Shown here: piece by piece, positions 33,261 to 45,172 of the stretch
Layout of the letters: the number at the start of each line of letters is the position of its first letter
How positions within the stretch are numbered: position 1 is the first letter of the stretch
Assembly: GCA_010909165.1 (NCBI GenBank)
Contig: VJWM01000222.1
Location: forward strand, 1 to 64,000
Direction of reading: 5' to 3'
Source: Anthoceros angustus
Taxonomy: Eukaryota > Plantae > Anthocerotophyta
DNA: 64,000 nucleotides
The notes under the pieces: model-generated
The model's input: the letters and a program-made list of their open reading frames with translations, nothing else
What the model was told of the DNA's origin: nothing
Database searches by the model: none
Made by a program: the position numbers and the translations under genes

Positions 33261-34519
33261 TCCACCAAGGTGGGGGTTCGTTTAGCGTCCCGCATCTCCA
33301 CAGATGGTGGAGGGTGGGGGTTCGTTGTGACGTAGCTTTCATTGCCTCCACCAATTTAGTGAGCCGCATCTCCGTCAGATGGTGGAGGGTGGCGTTTAGG
33401 CGTCCGCCGCATCTCTCGTAGCCATCGATGAACTCGATTTTCTCTTACAAGGCGTGGCATATCGAGGTGTAGAAATCGGTCGCAATAATCTTGAATGGTA
33501 CCTTGTTGGGAGATAGTCCAAACTCTTGATATAGGTCCTTCCGATGGTTGATGGGTAGAATTGTTCTAGAAACTTGTCTATCAGGTCCATGAGTGGATGG
33601 GTTCCTCCATCCCGAGCTCCACCTCGTTCCCTCCGCCACCATCGATATGCACCTTGAGGGACATGGTGCAAAACTGAATTTTCGATGGTGGAGAAGCTAG
33701 ACATCAACCATAATTTTCGATGGTCGAGAAGCTAGACATAAAACAAATCCCAAAATTGGAATCTAGTGTAAATTGTCCCCAAATCCATAGTCCAGACTGA
33801 TCCGAGCACTCATACCGAGCCATAGTCCGTCTTAACTGCTGCAAAAGCTCATGGCGACGAATTCATAGTCCGCAATTTTAAGGGAGGTGTCAGCACTCAT
33901 AAAAGTCTGTGCATCCCCAGATATCTTCAAATACAAATCTTGGATTGGAATCTAGCGTAAATTGTCCCCAAATCCATAGTCCGTGACTCCACCAATTTAG
34001 TGAGCCGCATCTCCGTCAGATGGTGGAGGGTGGCGTTTAGGCGTCCGCCGCATCTCTCGTAGCCATCGATGAACTCGATTTTCTCTTACAAGGCGTGGCA
34101 TATCGAGGTAGAAATCAACAATAATCTTGAATGGTACCTTGTTGGGAGATAGTCCAAACTCTTGATATAGGTCCTTCCGATGGTTGATGGGTAGAATTGT
34201 TCTAAAGCTGTTACAAAGTCCATGAGTGGATGGGTTCCTCCATCCCGAGCTCCACTGCCCCTCTGCCACCATCGATATGCGTACCCTTGAGGGACATGGT
34301 GCAAAACTGAATTTTCGATAAGAAACCCAATAATCTTGAATGGTACCTTGTTGGGAGATAGTCCAAACTCTTGATATAGGTCCTTCCGATGGTTGATGGG
34401 TAGAATTGTTCTAAGCTATACATCCATGAGTGGATGGGTTCCTCCATCCCGAGCTCCACTGCCCCTCTGCCACCATCGAGTCTGCGTGCCTTAACATGGT
34501 GCAAAACCCAAAATGGTAG

Positions 34520-37500
34520 AAGCTAGACATAAAACAACCATAATTTTCGATGGTGGAGAAGCTAGACATAAAACAACCATAAAGCCCTCACAAAATTGGA
34601 ATCTAGCGTAAATTGTCCCCAAATCCATAGTCCGCACTCCACAACGTTGCAGCTTAAAGCTCATGGCGACAACGAATTCATAGTCCGCAGCTTAAGGAGG
34701 TGTCAAAGTACCGTGGTCACAAAGTCACAGATCCCTGATATCTTCAAATACAAATCTTGGATTGGAATCTAGCGTAAATTGTCCCCAAATCCATAGTCCG
34801 CCTCCCAACTGCAGCTTAAAGCTCATGGCGGCAATTCATAGTCCGCGCAAGGAGGTGTCAAAAGTGCGTGGTCACAAAGTCACAGATCCCTGGATATCTT
34901 CAAATACAAATCTTGGTCCAAGTTGGCTTTTCAAGTCCTTCGAGGTCGAAAGTTAGTCCTTCCGAGGGGTCCGAAGGATCGCCTTTGCGACCATGGTACT
35001 TTGGTGGCTCTGCTCAAGCTTCTATGATGGCTATCCGCATGAGCTTTATTAAAAACTTCAATGCGTTAGGGGAGAGCCTCCTTATGCTCGAGGAGTGCCT
35101 TGTACTCTTAGTAGATGAGACTTTTGAGGCTTTGGCTCTGCAATGCGATTTCCCGATAGGTTGTTTCAACAATAAACCAAATCGAGCCCTCTTCTTGTTG
35201 GATGCCCGAGCACCATAGCTCCTACGACGCCGTCCTAGGGATTCACTGGATTTCATAGTGTAGCTTCATCCTTTGAGAGTACGACACATCTTTCCAAGCA
35301 AGCTTTCCCATAAAACCATGGAGATCCCCTACATATATATAGTGCCCAAGTCGATGGTCCCCAACGCCAACCTCCCCACCACCCTCGGCGCAAGACTACC
35401 TCACTTCTTGCACAACATAACCATAGAGCTTCCTCCATAAGGATAGGCCTCAACCAAAGTTGGGGCCCCTAGAACGCCAACCTCGCACCCCGGTGCCCCA
35501 CCACCCCAACAAACTTTACTCCACTTTCATTTCGCCAACCTCGCACTCATGGGGTATCTATTTTCTTTTTGGGAGGTTATTTTGTTATTATTTTTCCTTT
35601 GGGTTCGATTAGTCAAGTCTTAGACTCAAGCAAGATTCAAGTGTTGGTTTAAAACAAAATTGATTGAGTCTTAGACTCAAAGATTCATGTCCGCTTAGTT
35701 TAAAACCTAATTGATTGGAGTCTTAGACTCAAGCGCATTCAAGTGTCTCGCTTAGTTTAAAACAGATTGAAAATTGATTGGAATCTTAGACTCAAAGATT
35801 CAAGTGTCCGCTTAGTTTAAACCTAATTGATTGAGTCTTAGACTCAAGCGCATTCAAGTGTCCGCTTAGTTTAAAACCTAATTGATTGCTCACGCCAGCA
35901 AATGAAAGCTTTTGGTTTAAAACAAAACAACCATAATTTTCGATGGTGGGGCACCGGGGTGCGAGGTTGGCGATTTAGAGGCAAAAGAAAGCTCGCTGGG
36001 GTGGTGGGGCACCGCGAGGTTGGCGATTTAGAGGCAAAAGAAAGCTCGTAGGGTGGTGGGGCACTGTGGGTGCGAGGCTCGCAGATTAGAGGCAAAAGAA
36101 AGCTCATGAGTGGTGGGGCACCGTGGGTGCAAGGTTACAGATTTAAAGGCAAAAGCTCTGGGTGGTGGGGCACCAGTGAGGTTGGTATTTAGATCTTTCT
36201 TTGGGTTTATAGAAACCCTTTTAAAGTTTACGGGGTGGTGAGACCTTGAAGATCCGAGCAATTTCTTTGATTGTGTGTTTCTGGTGACAAGGCGTGATTT
36301 ACAAACCCCAATGAGCAAAATGGGTTGGCCACTAGATTTCGATCGCATTGGGGATCCTCGCTGTGGGCGCAGCGGATCTTGTCATTTTGAAGATCGCCAA
36401 GATCCGCCTTACCCATAGGTAATGCAATCACATCCTACTGTGAAGTTTGTGGAGATAGTCTTGTAGTTAGTTTCTCCCCATTCCGAGGGTGTAGCTACGA
36501 GTGAGCACCATCAAGGTTAAACTTTTCATAATCTCCTTGATGTATTTTTCGATGGAGAGTAATTGTGCCTGCATCCTGCTTCGCAAAATCAATACCAAGG
36601 CAAAATTGAAGGTCTCCTTGATTAGTCATCTCGAATTCGACGAGCATGTCCTTGACCGAGCACCATAGCTCCTCGTGATGGTCATCCTAGGGATTCACTG
36701 GATTTCATAGTGTAGCTTCATCCTTTGAGAGTACGACACATCTTTCCGAGCAAGCTTTCCCATAAAACCATGGAGATCCCTACATATATATAGTGCCCAA
36801 GTCGATCGGTCCCCAACGCCAACCTCCCCACCACCCTCGGTGCACTACCTCACTTCTTGCACAACATAACCATAGAGCTTCCTCCATAAGGATAGGCCTC
36901 AACTAAAGTTGGGGCCCCCTAGAACGCCAACCTCGCACCCCGGTGCCCCACCACCCCCAGAAACTTTACTCCACTTTCATTTGGTCGCCAACCTCGCACT
37001 CATGGGGTATCTATTTTCTTTTTGGGAGGTTATTTTGTTATTATTTAGGCTTTCATAAAGCTCAAGCTGGTCTTACCAGCTTGACTAGATTAGAGGCAAA
37101 AGAAAGCTCATGAGTGGTGGGGCACCAGTGAGGTTGGCGATTTAGAGGCAAAAGAAAGCTCCTTTGGGGTGGTGGGGCACCGGCAGAGGTTACAGTATTT
37201 AGATCTTTCTTTTGGGTTTATAGAAACCCTTTTAAAGTTTACTGTTGTGGTGAGACCTTGAAGATAAACAATTTTTGATTGTGTGTTTCCTTAAGTGGTG
37301 ACAAGGCGTGATTTACAAACTCAGCGCAAAATGGGTTTGCAGGTGCATTGGGGATCCTCGGTGCGGATCTTGTCATTTTGAAGGCTGCCGCATCGCCTTA
37401 CCCATAGGTAATGCAATCACATCCTACTTCTCGTGAAGTTTGTGGAGATAGTCTTGTAGTTAGTTTCTCCCCATTCTTGAGGTGTAGCTACGAGTGAGCA

Positions 37501-40500
37501 CCATCAAGGTTAAACTTTTCATAATCTCCTTGATGTATTTTTCGATGGAGTAATTGTGCCCGATCCTGATTAATCCCAATACCAAGGCAAAATTGAAGGT
37601 CTCCTTGATTAGTCATCTCAATTCACGGGGCATGTCCTTGACCGAGCTAGTGACATGATTGTTGCCATCACGGCCATTCATTTCGAGCACGACGGTGGAT
37701 CCGCCTAACATCCAAAACATGTAAGTCGAAACATTAGCAGCTGTCTTGGTCAAGCGCACGATATGGGCTCAACCCATTCCTCACGTGATCGCCTTTCTCT
37801 TGTTGGGTATCGAGGAGGAGGAGCAACTCCCACTTCAGCAATGGGCTCAACCTCAACCGAAACATCAAGGTCGCAGATCAGAAACATGATCTTCTGAGTC
37901 GGATCTCGAAGATTGTAATGACTATTCGCCTTTCTCTTGTTGGGTATCGAGGAGGAGGAGCAACTCCCACTTCAGAATGGGCTCAACCTCAACCGAAACA
38001 TCAAGGTCGCGATCGAAACATGATCTCAACCTCAACCAAACATCAAGGTCGCAGATCGAAACATGATCTCAACCTCAACAAACATCAAGGTCGCAGATCG
38101 AAACATGATCTCAACCTCAACCAAACATCAAGGTCAAGAGATCGTAAACATGATCTTCCGAGTCGGATCTCAGAATGACTATTCACCATCTCCGAGTCAT
38201 GTGCATCGCTGAAGAGGAATGCCTCACCCTCATCAACACATGGTTCCCGAGATTGTGGGACCACATCATCCACCAAAAAATCGTTTGAGAAGGAACCTCT
38301 CCGTCCGGCTAATCGGATACTCATAAGGTACCGAGGTTGTTGAATGTCACTGGGGAAGAGCTCGATGAAGATGATCTAGCACCGTGTGGATAATACAAAT
38401 TCAGACATGAGTATCGACCTTGGCGTTTGGATTACGGGAAGCATGCACTTATAGACAAGGTAATCTTCAAAGTGACCGGTCAAACAGCTTTGTAAGCCTT
38501 AGACTCTTGAATAGTCTAGAAAAATTAATGGTCGTGACTTGTCATCTAACTTCTGCTTTGGCTTCGTGTACATAGGCAAACCGGTGACCAAGACTCGAGG
38601 TGTAAAAAAGGAGACTAGAACCTTCACAATCCATGAAGAGTAGTCTAGAAAATTAATGGTGACTTGTCATCTAACTTCTTGCGTTTGGCTTCGTACATAG
38701 GCAAACGGTGACCAAGACTTTGAGGTGTAAAATCCACAAGGAGACTAGAACCTTCAGCTACAATCCAACCCAAAAGGAAAACAAAGAAACAAAATGACCT
38801 CCCAAAAAGAAGCTAGAAACAAAGCAATCAAAAACCTCACAAAATCAAGAGAGATTACCTTAAGCTACAACCCAACCCAAAAATAAAAATAACAAAGAAA
38901 CCCAACCCAAAAAAAAAATAACAAAGATAACCTCCATTTCTAGCAATCAAGAAACCTCACAAAACTCTAACGAGAGCGATTGGAGCCTTAAGCTACAACC
39001 CAATCAAAAACCTCACAAAATCAAGAGCGATTGAGCCTTAAGCTACAACCCAACCGAAAAATAACAAATAACAAAGATGACCTCCAAAAAAGAATAACCT
39101 CCACAAATAACATCCAAAAATAAAGAATAACCTCCACAAATAACACCTCAAAAAGAATAACCTCCACAAAACACCTCAAAAGAAAGAATAACCTCCACAA
39201 ATAACACCTCAAAGAATAACCTACAAATAACAAAGATGACCTCCAAAAAGAATAACCTCCACAAAAAAAAGAATTCCACAAATAACAAAGATGACCTCCA
39301 AAAAAGATAACCTCCATTTCTAGCAATCAAAAACCTCACAAAACTCAAGAGCGATTGGAGCCTTAAGCTACAACCCAACCCAAAAATAAAAATAACAAAG
39401 ATAACCTCCATTTCTAGCAATCAAAAACCTCACAAAACTCAAGAGCGATTGAGCCTTAAGCTACAACCCAACCCAAAAATAAAAATAACAAAGATAACCT
39501 CCAAAAACCTCACAAAACTCAAGAGCGATTGAGCCTTAAGCTACAACCCAACCCAAAAATAAAAATAACAAAGATAACCCATTTCTAGCAATCAAAAACC
39601 TCACAAAACTCAAGAGCGATTGGAGCCTTAAGCTACAACCCAACCCAAAAATAAAAATAACAAAGATGACCCAAAAAAAAAGAATAACCTCCATTTCGCA
39701 ATCAAAAACCTCACAAGAGCAATTGAGCCTGCTACAACCCAAAATAAGAGCGATTGAGCCTTAAGCTACAACCCAACCCAAAAATAAAAATAACAAAGAA
39801 ACCCAAAAAAAAAGAATAACCTCCATAGCAATCAAAAACCTCACAAAATTAAGAGCGATTGAGCCTTAAGCTACAACCCAACCCAAAATTGAGCCTAAGC
39901 TACAACCCAAAAATAAAAATAACAAAGATGACCCAAAAAAAAGAATAACCTCCATTTCTAGCAATCAAAAACCTCACAAAATTCAAGAGCGATTGAGCCT
40001 TAAGCTACAACCCAACCCAAAAATAAAGAATATCTTTGCCAACCCAAAAATAAAAAATAACAAAGATGACCCCAAAAAAAAAAGAATAACCTTCATTTCT
40101 AGCAATAAAAAAACCCTCACAAAATTCTGAATAGCGATTGGAGCCTTAAGCTACATCCAACCCAAAAATAAAAAAATAACAAAGATAATCTACAAAAAAA
40201 AGAAGCTAGAAACAAAACAACCATTTCTACCAATCAAAAACCTCACAAAATTGAATAGCGATTAAGCTACAACCCAACCCAAAAATAAAAATAACAAAGA
40301 TAATCTACAAAAATAAAAATAACACAAAAATAAAAATAACAAAGATAATCTCAAAAAAGAAACAAAACAAAAATTTCTACCAATCAAAAACCCTCAAATT
40401 CATAGCGATTGAGTCTTAAGCTACAACCCAACCAAAAATAAAAATAACAAAGATAATCTACAAAAATAAAAAAAGATAATCTACGCTAGAAACAAAACAA

Positions 40501-43500
40501 CCATAAAGCCCTCACAAAATTGGAATCTAGCGTAAATTGTCCCCAAATCCATAGGAAAGCTCTCCAACCGACTTAAAGCTCATGGCATTTAACGAACCCA
40601 AAAATAAAGAATAACAAAGATAACCTCCAAAAAGAGAAGCTAGACATAAAACAACCATAAAGCCCTCACAAAATTGGAATCTAGCGTAAATTGTCCCCAA
40701 ATCCATAGTCCACTCAAACCGGTAAAGCTCATACAATTCATAGTCCGGAATCTAGTGTAAATTGTCCCCAAATCCATAGTCCGCGACAACTGTTGCAACA
40801 AAGCTCATGGCGACATAATTCATAGTCCGCTTTTAAGGGAGGGTGTCAAAGCACCGTGGTCACAAAGTCACAGATCCCTGGATATCTTCAAATACAAATC
40901 TTGGTCCAAGCTGGCTTTTCAAGTCCTTCGAGGTCGAGCAAGTTAGTCCTTCCGGTGGGGTCCAAGGATCCAACTTTGCGACCATGGTACTTTGGTGGCG
41001 CCTGCCTCAAGCTTCGCCTATGACCCATATCCGCATGAGCTTTATTAAAAGCTTCAATGCGTTGTCGAGAGCCTTCCTATGCTGCGAGGAGTGCCTTGTA
41101 CTCTACCTTAGTAGATGAGACTGCGAGGCTTTGGCTCTGCAAGAATGCGATTTCCGATAGGTTGTTTCAACAATAAACCAACCAGCCCTCTTCTTGTTGG
41201 ATGCCCCAGAGCACCATAGCTCCTACGACGTGTCGTCCTAGGGATTCACCGGATTTCATAGTGTAGCTTCATCCTTTGAGAGTACACACATCTTCCAAGC
41301 AAGCTTTCCCATAAAACCATGGAGATCCCTACATATATATAGTGCCCAAGTCGATCGGGGTCCCCAAACGCCAACCTCCCCACCACCCTCAAGACTACCT
41401 CACTTGCTCTTGGCGATAACCATAGAGCTTCCTCCATAAGGATAGGCCTCAACCAGTTGGGGCCCCCCTAGAACGCCAACCTCGCACCCCTGGTGCCCCA
41501 CCACCCCCAGCGTAAACTTTTACTCCACTTTCATTTCGGTCGCCAACCTCGCACTCATGGGGTATCTATTTTCTTTTTTTGGGAGGTTATTTTTGTTATT
41601 ATTTTTTCATTTTGGGTTCAATTGTAGCTGAAGTCTTAGACTCAAGCAGCATTCAAGTGTTTGCTTGGTTTAAAACAAAATTGATTGGAGTCTTAGACTC
41701 AAGCAGCATTCAAGTGTCTGCTTAGTTTAAAACCTAATTGATTGGAGTCTTAGACTCAAGCATTCAAGTGTCCGCTTAGTTTAAAATGTAATTGAAAATT
41801 GATTGGAGTCTTAGACTCAAGCAGCATTCAAGTGTCTTAGTTTAAAACCTAATTGATTGGAGTCTTAGACTCAAGCGGCATTCAAGTGTCTCGCTTAGTT
41901 TAAAAGAATTGATTGCTCACGCTAGCAAATGAAAGCTTTTGGTTTATGGAAACCCTTCTAAAGTTATCTGGGATGGTGGGGCACTGTGGTGCGAGGTTGG
42001 CGGTATTTAGAGGCAAAAGAAAGCTCGCTCGTGGTGGTGGGGCACCAGGGTGCGAGGTTGGCGGTATTTAGACGCAAAAGAAAGCTCGCAGGGGGTGGTG
42101 GGGCACCAGGGGTGCGAGGCTCGCAGTATTTAGAGGCAAAAGAAAGCTCGCTGGGAGTGGTGGGGCACCAGGGGTGCAAGGTTGGCGGTATTTAAAGGCA
42201 AAAGAAAGCTCGCTGGGGGTGGTGGGGCACCAGCGGTGCGAGGTTGGCGGTATTTAGATCTTTCTTTTGGGTTTATAGAAACCCTTTTAAAGTTTACGCT
42301 GGGGGTGGTGAGACCTTGAAGATCTGAGCAATTTTGCTGATTGTGTGTTTCCTTCGTGGTGACAAGGCGTGATTTACAAACTCCCAGCGAGCGCAAAATG
42401 GGTTGGCCACGAGATTTCGATCGCATTGGGGATCCTCGGGCGCGGCCGGATCTTGTCATTTTGAAGATCGCCGATCTACCCATAGGTAATGCAATCACAT
42501 CCTACTTCTCGTGTGAAGTTTGTGGAGATAGTCTTGTAGTTAGTTTCTCCCCATTCGAGGGTGTAGCTACGGAGTGAGCACCATCAAGGTTAAACTTTTC
42601 ATAATCTCCTTGATGTATTTTTTCCGATGGAGAGTAATTGTGCCCATCCTGCTTCGCAAAATCAATACCAAGGCAAAATTGAAGGTCTCCTTGATTAGTC
42701 ATCTCAATTCTCGACGGAGCATGTCCTTGACCCGAGCTAGTCGACGCCTGCTTGCCATCACGGCCATTCGTGGCTTGAGTACGACGGTGGATCCGGCCTA
42801 ACATCCAAACATGTAAGTCTCGAAACATTAGCACTGTCTTGAGTCAAGCACGATATGGGCTCAACCCATTCCTCACGTGATCGCCTTTCTCTTGTTGGGT
42901 ATCGAGGAGGAGGAGCAACTCCCACTTGAATGGGCTCAACCTCAATCAAACATCAAGGTCGGATCGTAAACATGATCTTCGAGTCGGATCTCAAGATTGT
43001 AATGACTATTCGCCTTTCTCTTGTTGGGTATCGAGGAGGAGCAACTCCCACTTCAAAGAATGGGCTCAACCTCAACCGAAACATCAAGGTCGTGACATCG
43101 AAACATGATCTCAACCTCAACAAACATCAAGGTCAGCAGATCGAAACATGATCTCAACCATAACCGCCTTTCTCTTGTTGGGTATCGAGGAGGAGGAGCA
43201 ACTCCCACTTCAAGAATGGGCTCAACCTCAACCGAACCTCAACCGCCTTTCTCTTGTTGGGTATCGAGAGGAGGAGCAACTCCACTTCAAAGAATGGCTC
43301 AACCTCAACCAAACATCAAGGTCAAAGATTTAAACATGATCTCAACCTCAACCAAACATCAAGGTCAAAGATCGAAACATGATCTCAACCTCAACCGAAA
43401 CATCAAGGTCAGCAGATCGAAACATGATCTCAACCTCAACCAAACATCAAGGTCAGCAGATCGAAACATGTTCTCAACCTCAACCAAACATCAAGGTCGC

Positions 43501-43538
43501 AAAAGATCGAAACATGATCTCAACCTCAATCAAACATC
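34520..43538 (-). repeat. Array units 5 (34520-38761, with an internal duplication starting at 36661) and 6 (38762-43538)
   Basis: Same sub-block order. Unit 5 jumps back from TTGACCGAG to CACCATAGCTCC at 36660/36661. Confidence 0.85.
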
Positions 43539-44407
43539 ATGTTGGAGTTGGTTCGGATGACAAGCCTACCTTCCGGTATGCAGCGCCTTTGATTGAGTAG
43601 AGTTGGGTGAGCATGGGTTGACCTAGCTAGCATCTGGAGTGTGTCGTTATACAGTTTGTGTAGAGCAGGGTCATGGGGAATGGTTGTCCGTACTATCCTG
43701 ATTGTGTCGAGTTGGGACGACATAAGTGCACAAGCTCGCCGGCTGAGGGCATCTGCGACTGTATTTGAAGCTCCAGTGACATACTTAATATCAAAGTTGA
43801 AGTCTGCTAGGAATATCATCAAAGTTGAAGTCTGGTAGGAATATCAAAGTTGAAGTCTGATAGGGGCCGAGCAAAGTTGAAGTCTGCTAGGTACTCGGCC
43901 CACCTCCTTTGCCGAGCGTTCAGATTTGGTTGAGTGAAGAAATACTGAAGTGAATGGTGATCTGTGTTGCAGATGAACGGTTGTCCTAATAGGTAGTGTC
44001 TCCACACCCTGAGAGCGTGAATTATGGCCAGCATTTCTTTGTCGTGGACGGGATAGTTAAGCTGAGCCCCTTGTAGTTTTTTTGATTCATATGCAATCAC
44101 CCTGCCATGTTGTGTTAGCACTGCGCCCATAGCAAAGTCTGATGCATCGGTGTGTACTACGTAGGGAGCTTGAGGGTCTGCACTGGCGAGGGGCCGCCAG
44201 GGGCTTTAGGGTTTGGAACGCTTGACCGTAGGGGGAGTTGGAGGGGTTGACTAGGCGTCGGAGGGCATCGAGGGAACAGCCATCAAATCTTTGATAAACG
44301 GCGATAGAAACACGAGGCCAAGGAAACCTCTCGCAACATGTCTTGAGGTAAGGGCCACTCTTCAATGACCTTGATTTTTCTAGGGTCTACGTGGATGCCT
44401 GCAATCA
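43539..44407 (-). pseudogene. pol: Gypsy family-2 RNase H fragment (duplicated again at 45173-46010)
   Basis: MGAVLTQHGRVIAYESKKLQGAQLNYPVHDKEMLAIIHALRVWRHYLLGQPFICNTDHHSLQYF; SNTVADALSRR. Confidence 0.95.
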
Positions 44408-45172
44408 CGATATGGGCTCAACCCATTCCTCACGTGATCGCCTTTCTCTTGTTGGGTATCGAGAGGAGGAGCAACTCCCACTTGACAATGGGCTCAACCT
44501 CAACCGAAACATCAAGGTCGACATCGAAACATGATCTTCGAGTCGGATCTCAAGATTGTAATGACTATTCGCCTTTCTCTTGTTGGGTATCGAGGAGGAG
44601 CAACTCCACTTCAAAGAATGGGCTCAACCTCAACCGAAACATCAAGGTCAGCATCGAAACATGATCTCAACCTCAACCGAAACATCAAGGTCGTGACATC
44701 GAAACATGATCTCAACCTCAACCAAACATCAAGGTCAAGATCGTAAACATGATCTCAACCATAACCGCCTTTCTCTTGTTGGGTATCGAGGAGGAGGAGC
44801 AACTCCCACTTCAAGAATGGGCTCAACCTCAACCGAACCTCAACCGCCTTTCTCCTGTTGGGTATCGAGGAGGAGGAGCAACTCCCACTTCAAAGAATGG
44901 GCTCAACCTCAACCAAACATCAAGGTCAGATCGTAAACATGATCTCAACCTCAACCAAACATCAAGGTCGTGACATCGAAACATGATCTCAACCTCAACC
45001 AAACATCAAGGTCGTGACATCGAAACATGATCTCAACCTCAACCAAACATCAAAGTCGAGCCGACATGATCTCAACCTCAAACATCAAGGTCAAGACATC
45101 GAAACATGTTCTCAACCTCAACAAACATCAAGGTCGGCAGATCGAAACATGATCTCAACCTCAACAAACATC

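Larger units (their letters stand above)
26810..34520 (-). mobile_element. Gypsy family 2, copy 2 (3' LTR to 5'-truncated gag)
   Basis: LTR 26810-27056 with PPT, then degenerate IN/RH/RT. Protease GLLDSGASHHYIS in ORF 31467-31763, gag repeats 31900-33260, and gag KIQFCTMSLKGYAYRWW...EQF.PINHRKDLYQEF at 33400-34500. Confidence 0.88.

Noticed and set aside
39021-39742. Hydrophobic, membrane-protein-like ORFs (also 54266-54656)
   Set aside because: They are translations of the T-rich strand of the satellite.
43105-43560. Repetitive plus-strand ORFs (MISTSTETSRS, KHDLNLN)
   Set aside because: They are antisense readings of the linker minisatellite.
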